Part shown: piece by piece, positions 37,795 through 50,952 of the stretch
How the letters are laid out: the number at the start of each line of letters is the position of its first letter
Position numbering within the stretch: position 1 is the stretch's first letter
NCBI RefSeq assembly: GCF_009834535.1
Contig: NC_045697.1
Span: forward strand, 45,820,001-45,884,000
Reading direction: 5' to 3'
Source of the DNA: Camelus ferus
Taxonomy: Eukaryota
DNA length: 64,000 nt
Position numbers and translations under genes: made by a program
The notes under the pieces: generated by a model
Databases searched by the model: none
The model's input: only the letters and a program-made list of their open reading frames with translations
Told to the model about the DNA's origin: nothing

Positions 37795-38419
37795 GATTCT
37801 AACTCTATTAGTGCTTCTGGAGGTTTCTTCCGGATGAAATTGGAGATAATCTGTTCCCATAAAAGGATTCTGCTAAATGATTATCCTCTCCGTAATAGAG
37901 ATAAACTTTACTAATTTTAAGATGGTAGGTTCCCTTGCTGTAAGTCAAGAACTGGACTCTAATTTAAGCCAAATAGAAGTTTTACTGGAATGATCCCTGC
38001 AGTATCTTCCAGATTCAAAGGCAGGATTGAATGTTCAGAACACAAGAGTAGCTACACAGGCAGCTCAGAGAGCTCAGCAGTAGGAGTTCATGGACCATCT
38101 CTCTTAGCCTCAGTGAGTTCTTGGATGTGTAGTTCAGCACTCCTAACGTCACTTCCCAACAGAGAGCATCCTACTGGTCCAACATGAATCAGTCATCCAG
38201 ATGCCTAGCAGAAGACAGGGACTCTGTGGCCTCTGGAGGCCTTCATCTGGATCTGGGTTCCTTTCCAAGAGGAAAAAAATTGTGAGCTGCCACCCCAAGG
38301 TTTGCTCTTTGTATTTGACCTTTTGGCTGCATTTTTTGTTCATTTCCTTATAAACATTTTACTAGACGTAATAAATTCACTCATTTAAAACTTTCCCCAA
38401 AATATTATAATCTATGTTT

Positions 38420-39600
38420 CATGTTTCCATTTATGACTATGAAATATTTCAAATATAAAGAAAATTACAAAGGAGATTAACATAACATATTTACATAATG
38501 AATACCTCTTAGCCAACATCCAGCTAAACAGCTTACTCAAATCTTTACATTCTCCCACACTGGCATCAAAAATTTTGAAGAAATAAAACAGTACATAAAA
38601 GCCTATTCTTCAATTCTGTTCTTCTCTGCTCTTTCAGTTTCCAGCCTCCTCCCACCTTGCACAATGTAACCACTTTCCAATATTTGGTGTATATTATCCC
38701 CATGTAGCTTTTATATGTTAGAACATGAGTGTATCCATACAAATTTATTAATTATTCTGTATGCTTTTAAACTTTACATAATTATTTTTAATGATAATAT
38801 TTGTTGAGAATTTACTGTGCTCCAAATAGAGTTCCAAGCTGTTTGCTTGTGTTAGTTCCTTTAATCCCCACACCCATTTATTGACTTCATTTTGCTACTA
38901 ATTCAACAGGCAGACAAGGAAACTGAGGCATAGGAAGGAACAGAGCTTGTCAATAACTGAGGGAGGGTCACTCCTGCACGTGTTATTCTGAAACACATTT
39001 TTTTCTTTTAACTTAACGTGATGTTTTTAAGATGATTCCAGGATAATGTACAGAATACAGCTAGTTTTTCACATTGACAGCTGTACAATATCCCATTCCA
39101 TAAAGAGATCACAATGTGTTCTCGTGTTAATGAACATTTAGGTGATTTTGCTAGTCTAATAAATGCTATAATGCACTTACTTGTAATTATTTTCTTATAT
39201 ATATGATCGGCAGTTTCTCTTAGATATATATATATATATCTACTAGGTTAACGATTTTATACATCTTTCTTTTTACCAGATATTGCCAAATTGCTCTCTG
39301 AAGGGAATTTAACAATGCACGCTTTTGCCATCTCTGAACATGGTTTCCTCCTTCTTCACATCCTTACCTGCATTTGAAAAGATTGTTTTTTTTACTTCTT
39401 GCCAATTTTGTGTGTGTGAAATGTAACTCTTTAAATTTTCATTTCCCTGATTACTAGCACAGTTGAGCATTCTATATTTTCACACTCTAGTACCATATTG
39501 TCTTAGTAATGATGGCTTTTTAATATATGTTATTATGTGGTAAAACTGGTTATCCACACCTTTATTCTTTTTCAGAGTTTCCTCAATTCTTTTTTGGAAA
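38420..39600 (-). mobile_element. L1ME 3' region interrupted by a MIR (about 38790-38950)
   Basis: Reverse L1ME motifs (atgaacatttaggt, ccagatattgccaaattgctct, catttccctgattactag) with an internal MIR (aaggaaactgaggcatagg). Confidence 0.7.
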
Positions 39601-39732
39601 TCTAAACGTCATTCATTTACTAAAGATCACTAATGGCCTTAATTAAAAAATAATTTTTCTGTGAATGAATATTTTGTTTTGGGAATAAGATATATACATA
39701 CACACATGTATATATAATGTATACATATGAAA

Positions 39733-40162
39733 ATGCGGCAGATACCTGGACCACCTGGGATCTCACCAATCACACTTCATCTTCTCCTGGCACTCAGCTA
39801 GACTGCATTTCCCTGTCATCCCAGGTAGGTATGGCCATATTACTGAGTCTCGGGCACAAGAACTGAGACAGAGAACTCTAAACTACACTTTCAGGACTGG
39901 CTCATAATCTTCTGCATGATTCCCCTCTCTCTCTTCCCTGAGCTAATTCTCAATATCCAGGGCATTTTCAGAAGCTATATAATGAAGATAATAGAGCATG
40001 CCTATCAATATAGGTTTCTGAACTAATGCAAGAAACAGGAAAAGCCCTAATGTAAGTTTATCATGGACAAGGAACTGATCATGAAGTGAGAGAGCAATAA
40101 GTTATTATATTCAACCACTAAGATTTGTTTTCTTCTATAGCTCACTTCACCGTAATTACTAC
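39733..40162 (+). mobile_element. MLT1J/I-like MaLR LTR
   Basis: cagctagactgcatttccc...ggtatggccatattactgag...gagagcaataagttattatattcaaccactaagattt. Confidence 0.7.
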
Positions 40163-40177
40163 TTCGTTGTATGTACA

Positions 40178-40503
40178 CAGGTTCATAATCTTTTATCTGA
40201 AATCTTTGGAGCTAGAATTGTTTTAGAATTCAGAGTACATGGATTTTGGTAGGATAATAAAGTGAATATTCAAATATTAACCAGCATTCCCAGGTAAGCC
40301 TAGGACAGCATCCATTAGCCTGACACATTCATTTTTCTGTGATGAACTAAAAGGGCAGTAACACTAAATGACATCAACTCTATAAATAGCCTCATGTCAG
40401 GTCAGATTTCATTGCCAAATCATCTTATTCCAAACTTTAAAAATCTTCTGTTTTTTCAGAACTTTGTGGATTTTAGATTGGTGGTTAACAGATTGTGGAC
40501 TTG
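40178..40503 (+). mobile_element. MER46C-like TcMar-Tigger MITE
   Basis: TIRs CAGGTTCATAATCTTTTATC ... GTTAACAGATTGTGGACTTG; internal ctataaatagcctcatgtcag. Confidence 0.75.
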
Positions 40504-41325
40504 GAAGTTCACATACTCTTTCAGATCAGTGCACTTGCTGTCAGTATATCAGTGCTTTTTTTAAAACCATTTTTAGCCCTACTTTCATTTATGGAGAAGA
40601 GTGATGCAGTCTCAGGATGTTCTTATGTCTACTGATGTCTAAACAGTCCAGTCCTACTACATTTCACCATGAGACAAATAACCAAGTTAACTTGCTTGCA
40701 TAGAATATTAGGGATATAATAACTCCATAACATGGAAAAGAGATTCATTTTTCAAATTTTGGTGACTTTATAACAACTTTACTCTTTTTCATATTCCAAA
40801 AGCAACCAAAAGGATTTAAAAAATACTGTACTAGATCTGAAAATGCATAGTGTTTAAAAAGTAATCAACTGTATCTCCATTCCTTATGATGGTTTTATTT
40901 CTTGTTATAGTCACAAACATCTTTGGTGAATGCACTCGAACATGCTGCTGGTTGCTCACTCATGAGTAGATTCACTGGCTTCATTCTGTCAATCCAAACA
41001 AAACAGTAACCATTCTATATAGAGCCAGGTACTAGTGGATATAAGATTTTGATGAGAAAGCTTATTATATATGCAAAATTTCTGGACTGAAAACCATGTT
41101 TGAATTTCTGATTATTTGTAAATGAAGATGCTTTTGCAGTATAATACATTTTATTTTAATTCAAATGATTATGGAAAGGGAACACTAAAGAAATAATTAA
41201 ATTTTCACATATAAAGGACTGATAAATTAAAATAGCATAAAAATATTTTTTGCCTATATAAGATTACATTATTGAAAGAGGGGCATTCTTTTCTTTCAAA
41301 AATGTTTGAAACTAAGCTTTTGCAT

Positions 41326-41784
41326 CTGCAGTGCATGTTGGTGGGGTCCCTCCTAGATCCACTTCCCCAGGCTGATGCACTCAGATCCAGATGCTGCAGG
41401 TGTTAATGGCTAATGGTTCACACCTGCACTCTCCTCAAAAAGGATTGCCCTAAGGTGATTGGAGCCACTTTCCTTCCTCCCCCAACCCATGTGGCTGCTG
41501 AGGATTAATTGATGGAGACAGAAAAAGGGAAAGGAGAGTGTATATAAGCACACGCCTCTGACCTCAAGGCAGAACAAGTCTGATACAATTCATGCTCCAG
41601 AGCTCCCTGTGTGATCAGACTGAGGCTGGATTTCCACTGAAACCACATCCCTACCTACCTTTTCCCTCTATACAATCATGCAGCCCTCATTCCCTTAATA
41701 GGGTTCATATGAGAGAATTTTCTCCCTAAGTCACTTGCACTAAAATCTGCATCTTAGACTCTGCTTCTAGAACTGAACTAACAC
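41326..41784 (+). mobile_element. LTR16-family ERVL solo LTR
   Basis: gctccagagctccctgtgtgatcagactgaggct, ending gtcacttgcactaaaatctgcatcttagactctgcttctagaactgaactaacaca. Confidence 0.75.
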
Positions 41785-41819
41785 AACACATATTATTTAT
41801 AATTTATTAAACAACTACT

Positions 41820-42035
41820 AAGGATTCAGCTTATCTGTGCTTTAAACATTACATAATTTTATTCTAGAAGTATCTCAGCTCTGTGAAAACTATGATCCCC
41901 ACATTGGGGAGCAGGTGTGGAACTCAGACTCTGCAGAGATGAAGAACTTGTACTTAGCTTATAAATAAGTGGGAAATCCAAGAATCAAATTCAGATTAAT
42001 ACGGCTCCATAACCTCTACTCTAAAATTACTCATT
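41820..42035 (-). mobile_element. MIR fragment
   Basis: gaactcagactctgcagagatgaagaacttg...aatcaaattcagat...ctccataacctctactct. Confidence 0.5.
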
Positions 42036-43281
42036 GCCTCTGTATCATATTTTTGTCCAGGAAATTAAAAAAATTAAAGTTCTATCGGACTATACTTTTT
42101 TTTTTAGCAAAATGGAAGTTGATGTGCATTCTATTTTCCAAACATTGATGTAATTTGTTTAAAATGAAGGTTAAGATTGTATGACTTATATAATTTCCAT
42201 AAGGGCTTATTAGTGGGCAAGCATGGATTCAATTAAAAAGGAAACAAACATCTGTATAATGCCTTCATTTTCTTGAAAGGGGACATTTTATAGAAGTTGG
42301 AAAATAGCAAGGAGGGAAAAGATCATGTCAGCACAATGTTAGTGGTCATATACGATGCAATCTTACGTTTCATAGAGATTTCAACACAGGAAATGGGTAT
42401 ATTAGGAACTGCCTAATTCATAGGTTTTCCTGACCCACATACAGTGGTTTCTTTGAAAGATTCTGAAGGAAAAGCTGTAAGTAGTGCTTATATACCAGCT
42501 TCAATAATGCATATTTCAAAGCCCAAACTAGTCAGCCATGTAACTGTTTACACAGTCAATATTCAGTGGGAAAATGAGTATCAACAGGTTCCATTTTCCC
42601 AACCCAGAACAGCATGTGACCCTTCATTATAATCCTCATTAGTCTCTGATTAGGAAGGAACTGTTTTACTTTTGTTTTCGATTCAGTGAATCCAGGTTTC
42701 TTAGTTTACTGTCATCTGAAAAATAACGACTCCCTCCACCCACCCTTACTCTGCCACCTAGCTACCTTAAAGAGTTATGTGATCCTATCATATCAGAAAC
42801 ACTGTAGGGAGACCTGCGTCTTCTTCATCTTTGGAAAATAGCAAGTATTATGGCAAATAGCAAAGCGGTTTGCAGAGAGCAGAAAATTAATGAAAAGGAT
42901 TGTGGTTTCCTATAACATTGGAAAAATTCCATAACAAAGTTTTTTTTTTTAATACTCTGCTACAATATCTTGCCAATGACCAACAATCCTTAGATCTCTA
43001 ATAAAAACTAAGTATTTATGGTCTCAAGGAACCCTTTCTACCATCCTTTCTAAAGAGAGACTCAAAGCTATTCAATGCTTACCTTGAGAACTATCAACGA
43101 AAGTATTGTATATTTTCTGTAATTTCTATTGTATTTATAATTTTAGCTCTAGCAATGTTATAATTTTCTTTTATTGCAGAAATCATAGTATTTATTAAAT
43201 ACTGTATGTATCATGCAGTGTGTCAAGTGTTTAACCCATATTTTCCTTTCAATATTCAATCAAAATAAGATGAAGGCACAC

Positions 43282-43630
43282 TTTTTTTATTTGAAGTATA
43301 GTTGATTTACAATGTTGTGTTAGTTTCTGGTGTAGAGCATAATGATTCAGTTATACATATACATTCTTTTCCATATTCTTTTTCATTACAGGTTTTTATA
43401 AGATATTGAATATGGTTCCCCGTGCCATACATTAGGACCCTGTTGTGGATCTATTTTATATACAGTAGTTTGTGTCTGCTAATCCCAAATTCCTAATTTA
43501 TCCCTCCCCTCCCCTTCCTCTTTGGTAACCACAAGTTTGCTTCTCTGTCTGTGGGTCTCTCTGTTTTGTAAATAAGTTCATTTGTATCATTATTTTTAGA
43601 TTTCACATATAAGTGATATATAATATCTGT
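43282..43630 (-). mobile_element. Cetartiodactyl-type L1 3' end inserted into a MIR (MIR halves about 43180-43280 and 43640-43795)
   Basis: Poly(T) followed by ttgaagtatagttgatttacaatgttgtgttagtttctggtgta; TSD tgaaggcacactttt (43271-43285) / tgaaggtactctttt (43631-43645). Confidence 0.88.
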
Positions 43631-43899
43631 TGAAGGTACTCTTTTAATCTGTACATTACAGAGCAGGACATTGCACCTTAGAAAACTAACACAGTCTTTC
43701 TGCAATTTATAATACTGGTAAGTAGTAAATCTGAAACCTTAGACTACTTAATGTTTACCTCCAACTTCTATGCTCTTAACCAATGAACTATACTAAGTCC
43801 TCTAAAGCCCGGATCACACTTCTGTTCCCATTAATAAAATTATCATCAGTTGTTTATACTTTCCACTGAATCCCCCAAATAGAAATGCATGAATAATAT

Positions 43900-45300
43900 T
43901 CAAAACTCCCTCTCACCACTTCCTATATCAAAATAAAGTTATCTCCTGATTACTCAAATCCATGTTTTTCCTACCATTCATTCTGTCATTTCCTGATCCC
44001 AGCCTTTTATGATCTATCTGAAATGTTACAACAGCTCTCAGTTGACCTCCTCTTCTCATATTTCATCCCCTACCCCTACAGACACATACTTATCCTTACA
44101 TACTGCTGCTAATGTACTCTTAAAATACCCATTTGATGACATTGACTACCCATCTAAATTCTTTCATGGATACACACCATCTTCATGGATACACACCATG
44201 CTACTGAGCACAGCACAATAGAGCCCTTAGAGCTGCCTGTTGCCCACCTCTTTGGCTCTCTTACCATCATATATATTTGAGACATATTTACAAGGTAGAA
44301 CTGACCAGCTTTGGTCACAAACTGGAGGTGACATCTGAGGAATGGAAGAGGAACAGAAACTTGGTTTAGTTGTAGATTAAATGTTAGTATCCGAGGTATA
44401 GCAATATGGAGATAAACACTGGAATCTTTTTCTCCAGCTCTCTACTTGACACTTCCACTTCTTTCATCAAAGACAACTCAAACTCAGTCTATGTTTAAAA
44501 TCAGATCCATGGTCTGTATACCCTACTGCCCATCTTTGAGTGCACCACCATCTATCCAGCTGTGAAGGCCAATTATCCACGGCCACTCTCTTTGTCTTAA
44601 CCCCCTCCTTAGCCCTGTCCTGTCACCAATTCCTGCCTAGTTTACCTTCTAAATAACTCTTAGATCAGCTCTCTTTCCTTTATTTTCCCTATCATCTTCC
44701 TGGTCCAGGCTACCATCTCATCTTCTCTCACCAGATCTTGCATTTATTGGCATTTGCTTTATCAGCTCTATAATTTATTCTCTATACTGAAGGCATACAG
44801 ATCTTTTTCTGTCTGAAAATCTGATCACATCATCTCTCAGCCCACTTCCTCAGTCAGAACTTTTTTGGTTCTTCCTTCATGGCACCTATCACAGTTGCAA
44901 TTTTGCTTTATTTGTATGCTTACTTGATTACTTGATTTTCCAAGCAACTTTAAGCTCCACAAGGCACTTGCCATCCACTGTTCCTCAGAAGCCCACACAA
45001 ATCCTTGTACAGAAACAGTTATCACCATTTAATAAACAACTGAATAAATTAATAAACAGATGGACAGCAAGATCTAAGCCTCTGTTTTGGTAGCAGGAGG
45101 CATAGAGTCAGTGAGTCATGGCTCTGGGTGATTCACTAAGGGAAAACGTGTATAGTGGGAGAGATGCTGGTCAAGTTGAGGTGTAAGGTGGTCAGCTAAG
45201 AAAGAGACTGAGATCAAAAGTCAGAAGAAAGTTGGAAAACTATACAAAGATAGGAGAGAAAACAGACGATCAACTACGTAAATAACTCAGAGTATTTTAG
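43900..45300. mobile_element. Cluster of L2 fragments in both orientations
   Basis: + strand pieces (caccaccatctatccagc, gtccaggctaccatc, 3' tail near 45030-45060) are flanked by - strand pieces (aaggtagaactgacc, aagaaagagactgag). Confidence 0.6.
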
Positions 45301-47559
45301 AAAGAAATTGGAAACTACTGTCTCAAATATTTTCTTTAGTCTCTATCACAGATATGAAATGCTCTCAAGATGTTACATCTTCATTCAAGCATCCTCTGTA
45401 ATTCTACCATTTTTATCAAGGCATTGCTGGAAATTGCAAAAAAAAAAAAAAAAACTTAATCTCATCCTCTTTTAAATGCTCAATTATTTAACATTTTCAC
45501 TGATTTTTCTGAGAAAATACATTTTGCAGTATCTCATAAGTTCATACAATGTGTTCAGTTCTCTGTGAATTTTTTTTATGTCTACCTGTATTACTATGAT
45601 TTGCTTCTCATCCGAGTTTTTGGATATCTAGAACCAGACCTGATTAATGTGCTTTTCCAAGCATTTATTATAAACATATACTTAATAAATGCCTCACTGT
45701 GGTGGCAGTGTTAAAAACTTCATCACATGAACAATCAAAAAACTGCACTTCTCAGGGAACAATATATCTGCTCCCAAATGAGAAGAAAATTGTTAGTCAT
45801 TTTAGTCTTTAAATTTTTTTTAAAATCTGAAATACATGGGACATGAGGTAGAAATGTTTTCCTACATGAATAGCTCACATTTAAAATAAAATTAAATAAT
45901 TATATTACTAGGAAAAAATACTCATTGTACCCATCATTTGAAATACTACACAGTTAATCCTTTCAAACATTTTTGTACATAAATTGCACATAAGGCTCAA
46001 TGTTTTGTCTAAACAAAGTGCATGGAACATCATAGTAATTGAAAACACAGTATTTTGGAAAAGATGTTTTAAAAATGTGTGGTTATACATATATGTAAAG
46101 GTATGCTTCCATATTGTGCTTGTATATATGGCTATATATACATATACATATATTATACATACACATTATTTTGTGTACATTATATATGAAATTTAGAGGC
46201 ATTCATGAAATAATACAAATTCTCAAATTAAATTGAGTTACTTCTGGCTTACAACAAGCTTTTTTAAAAAGGGATTTATCTAAACAATATTTGTATTGAC
46301 AACATCTGACCCACTGAACCAATGAAAGCTTTAAAGGAATTACTTTTCAAGAATTTTTATTCTTCAAGTAGCAGCTATATAACCTTCAGTTTTCATAAAA
46401 CACTTCTCTCCCAGGACACAGCCCAAGATTACACGTCCAAGCAGCAGCTTTGTGGGAATGGTATAAATGCATATAATAAGCAAATAATCCTACAGCTTGT
46501 GCATTGAAAATATTATGGTGGGGGCCCCTGGGGATCAGGGACAGAGAGCAATGCTGTTTTCCCAAGCTCCATAGCAGAGTAAATTCAAAGACTAAGCAGC
46601 AAAAACTAATACATCATGTTTGTAATTAGTTGACCAGAGGGAGAAAGAGGACACTCAGAACAAGATTCAATTACACTAAATAGCATCTGAAACCTAGGAT
46701 CACCAAACTTAAAAATAAAATAAAAACTTGTGAGTGTGGGAAAGTAAATTTAATTTTCTTCTAATTTCCTAGCTACATTTAAAGAAAATTACCTAGGAAA
46801 ATTGCTATGAAATTAGTCCTTCAAGCCTTAATAGGCCAGGCAGGTCAACTATGTCAGTTCTAAAACTATATGATAATTTTTCTAGTATTACTTTCAGTAA
46901 GATGAAACAAAAAGGGTAGCAAGTGTGCCTCTCCGTTGAAGTTCTCCATTTATTTTGCCCCTACACATTATGTAGAGAAATCCCAACGCTCAGGAAATAG
47001 TCATTTCCCTTTGAGAGCTCAGCCCTCATAAAATTCACATATAATTTCTGCTGACAGCAAATTAATATAGATTCAAATCTCATGAATATTGTATACGTCA
47101 TAGGACTGCTTTTCAAAAAGCATATCCATTTAGTTAATGGCTTTTAAGTAAGCCTATGATTCTAACAATTAGATCTTTCTAAAATATGTTGTATTCTGTT
47201 GTAAACAGTTTGCTATAAAACCATTTGGAGTCTTCGTTAAGATTAGGAAAACAGAAAATTAAGCCTTAAATGCAGCCCTTGATACAATGACATGTATTCT
47301 GCTGATTATAATAATACTATAAATTCAAAGGGCCAGATAAATGATCATATGTTATTTTCAGAGTTAGCAAGCTATGAGTCTAAAAAAGATTCTAGTTTCC
47401 AAATCAGTGGCAACCTACCCAACATTAAATGACTCAAAAAAACTTCAATTTAGGTTTTCTAAGGGAAAAAATCATAATGATACAAGGTCATTTGGAGCAA
47501 CAATACAGAAAAAGTAGATAAACTCACAGCAGAGCTATCTCATCTTCTAAAATTTCAAT

Positions 47560-47980
47560 CCAACATACTCAGCAGGTGCGCCTCTAGGCTCGCTCTTCCC
47601 TCCTGCTATAACTTTAACAGTGGTTCTGCCCCTCTCAAAAGGCAAACCTTTTCCGGGAGCTCTGGATCCCGCCTTTCCAGCAAGAATCTCCTTTGTCCCC
47701 TACACCACCAATACCCCTCTCTCTACTGAATCACTGCTATTAACATAAAACTTGGTTAATAGTATCCATCTTAAAATACAATAAAACAAACTTCCTGGAC
47801 CCCCGGCCCAATATCAGCTATCACTCAGTGTTTTATGTTACACAGCACTGTAAAAATCCTCAAAACAGTTGTTTCTCCTTATCTTCACATATACACTTTT
47901 TTTCTTTCCTCTATTTAATCCACCAAGACGTTTAATCAAAGCTCTCCACTGAAACAGCCCTCAACAATGTAACCAATGAT
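47560..47980 (+). mobile_element. L2 ORF2 fragment
   Basis: ccatcttaaaa...cagctatcact...ctccactgaaacagccctcaacaatgtaaccaatga. Confidence 0.65.
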
Positions 47981-47986
47981 ACTTAC

Positions 47987-48054
47987 CTGGTCAAAAACAA
48001 GAACTTGGGGATGAGTGGATGACATGACTTGGAGAAGTGTACTAGGAGGTTGGG
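47987..48054 (-). CDS. Candidate internal exon (68 nt) of an unidentified gene
   Basis: Acceptor gtcccgcttcttttcAG and perfect donor CAG|GTAAGT; open frame xQPPSTLLQVMSSTHPQVLVFDQ (phase 1 to 0); non-repetitive sequence. Confidence 0.35.
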
Positions 48055-49144
48055 CTGAAAAGAAGCGGGACGTTTCAACATAGGACTAGCACAGAGTTGA
48101 AGATGACAACCAGTCTGCCAAATATAGGCATTTTCTCCACAATAGATGCATAGAATACTACTATTTCTCACCATTTGGTTACTTCTGTAGATATAATTGG
48201 AATAACATTTTTCGACATATATTCCTGTAATATATAAATAATAAAGAGCCATATTATGTCCCTCATGAATTAATTTTCAGAGACAATATTAAATGCTGTA
48301 TTATTACTTACTAGACATTATATACTAACTGTGTCTTCAAGGTATACATTTTTAGCCTTTGAATGAAATGTACTCACGCTCACTTTTCCACTGCGATTAT
48401 CTTCTTCTCTCACTGCCAGAGCCTTCAGAAAATTGTCTTGCAGGTCTTTACCAGCACTTGTTAATGTCCTATAAAAAGCAGATCTTCAGTCATATTAGAT
48501 AACAAATATATTTAGAATACTATGGGTAAAAAAAAAAATGCTTCTTTATTCCAAATGACAATTCCTTATAATACTAAATCTATACATACACATTACACAT
48601 AATCATTATAAACACACAATTATTATAATCTACTAGATTCTTCAATTTAATTTCATATAGTCTTTATTTACAAATAATTAGAATCAAGTTTATAAATAAT
48701 ATACATGCCTATATCAATACATATGCCAGATTCAGTTAATTCCACTCACATGCTCATTTTATTCTTTCTATCATGCCATGAAAATTCAATTTATTCCCCT
48801 CACAACCCACAATGAATTTAAATTGCCTATAATTTAAGCATAATTTATTTATTTAATATAAAAAAATGAAAATACTAGCGACCTAGGCCAACTCAGTTAT
48901 TGAAACAGAGCATTCATTTCAGCTCCATGAATGGGGATAATCAAAGCAAGACAGGACACTAGCTTGTCTCTGTCAGATAAAAGAATGTTAAGAATTCAAA
49001 AGAGAAATTTTTCTTTATTTCTCCGGAAATAAATTTTAAAGAAAATTCATCATAAAGGTCTCAATCAAGCAACACTGAGCCACAAAATAAAGAGTGAGTT
49101 CAAGAGGGATTAGTGAAAAAATAATCCTTTATTTGGCAATTTTC

Positions 49145-50040
49145 TATATATTCAAAAAACATTTCTATTGTGTGTCCATTATGTACCAGAGACTGCACCA
49201 AGGACAAAGATGAATGACACATAGTTCCTCCTCTCAAGTTCCTGTGGTCTCAAAGAGGTGAACAGATACAGAAACACTGTAGTATAATATCATGGGATAA
49301 CTGTAATAATAGAGATATGGATGGATATTGAGGAGTTCATAAGAGAAATATCCAACCTATTCAAGGAAAAGTCATTTAACTTAAGCTTTCAAGTAATTAT
49401 TGAACTAAATGTTAAAAGATGAGATAGCATTAGCCAGCTTGGGAGTTGGGGTGGTGAGAGAGGGAAAGAGTTATCAGTAACTATAAGAGAGATATGAAAC
49501 TGCAAAGTGCCCTTAGGTAATTGCAAAAGTCAAAAGGTAAGTGCAGGAAATGAGGGAGAAATCATATAATATTAAAAATAAAAGCTAACATTTGAATACA
49601 CATACTGTTATAAATACTTAGTTAAGGTCACACAGCTAATAGGAGCAGACCTATATTCAAACCCAGGCAGTCTGGTTCTAAAACCCATTCTTATAACCAC
49701 GAGGCCACACTGCCTTTCCAGGAAGGTCTTGCATGCTACACTAAGAAGTTTGAACCTTGTCTTCTAGGAGATATTGAACCACAAGGGTCTTATGCAAGGA
49801 AATAAGACAGTCAACTTTGTGTTCTAGTAAAAATATCAAGTGGCTGCGATAAATATAATCTGGAGAAGAACCACGATGGAAAGATTAATTAGGGGGCTTT
49901 AGAAGAGACGATGAAGACCTGATTTAAAGCAGTGGTGGTAAGAATAGGAAGGGATAGATTTGGAAAATATTTTAAAAGGTAAGTAGACCTGGTGATTTCT
50001 TTTTGTGAAGAGTTAAAGAGAGGCTACTACCAGATTTCTT
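49145..50040 (-). mobile_element. L2 3' region with nested MIR (about 49578-49715)
   Basis: attcaaaaaacatttctattgtgtgtccattatgtaccag...aagatgaatgacacatagttcct; MIR aaggtcacacagctaat...ttcaaacccaggcagtctgg. Confidence 0.72.
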
Positions 50041-50589
50041 TAAATCAACATAGCCATGTACAATATGTAACCTACCAATTAGTTTGTTGATCTATAAATG
50101 CAACCCATTAAGTTGATCGTAACTTGTCAGCTTCTTCTATTCTAGCTCTGTGTGCCTTGGCTTATAGTGTCAGCATCAACTAATAGTCCAAAACATCTAA
50201 ATATACATAAAAATAACTAGTAATTAGTACCAATAGAGAGAATCAGATATTTGAGAAATACTCAATTTACTGTTCTATTCAAAAGTGAGACAATACACCT
50301 ATGCACTATTCTAACATTAAATCTTCAAAATATCAAATTCATTTTGTCAGTAGCTTGGCCAGAAAACATGTATTGTTTCTCCACTGCTCACAAGATAATC
50401 TTACCACTTGGTCAGTTTCTACCTAATTTCCTCCTTATGGTCTATATTTAAAACTAGAATGAGTTAGAAATTCTCTGTGAAGCTTGAACAGAGAATTAGC
50501 TCCCATAGACCCACAGACCATCTAAAAATTATAGTTGAAGGAATGAAATAGACCTTCATATGTGGTCTTCTGTGATAGTTATAGACACC

Positions 50590-50952
50590 TGTTGGTTTTA
50601 CCTCCCTGATATCTCTCCTGACTTTTTGATAACAGAACCCCAATTTTGGTAAACAGTCAGTCAAGGTACCCACTCACTTATAACTCTTACCTCCCAAACT
50701 TCAGCTAATGAATATGCCTCAGGTTTAACCAGTGTCACTTCAGCTCATGAGAATGTACATCATAAACAGAGAGACACAAGGATGAAAAGCAACTGGAGTT
50801 GTAGTGATTATCCTTAATTCCAACTCCTTAGCCTCATCACTCAACTTTCTCTTCAAATCTACGATAATCAGTGCTCCTCCAATAAATCCCCTTTTTAAAT
50901 CTATTTCATTAGAATTGGTTTCTTGCTCACAACCAAAACCTCTAATTGATAC
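50590..50952 (+). mobile_element. MaLR (MLT1K-like) LTR fragments
   Basis: ttttgataacagaaccccaattttg, ending aataaatccccttttt...ttggtttcttgctcacaaccaaaacctctaattgataca. Confidence 0.55.
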
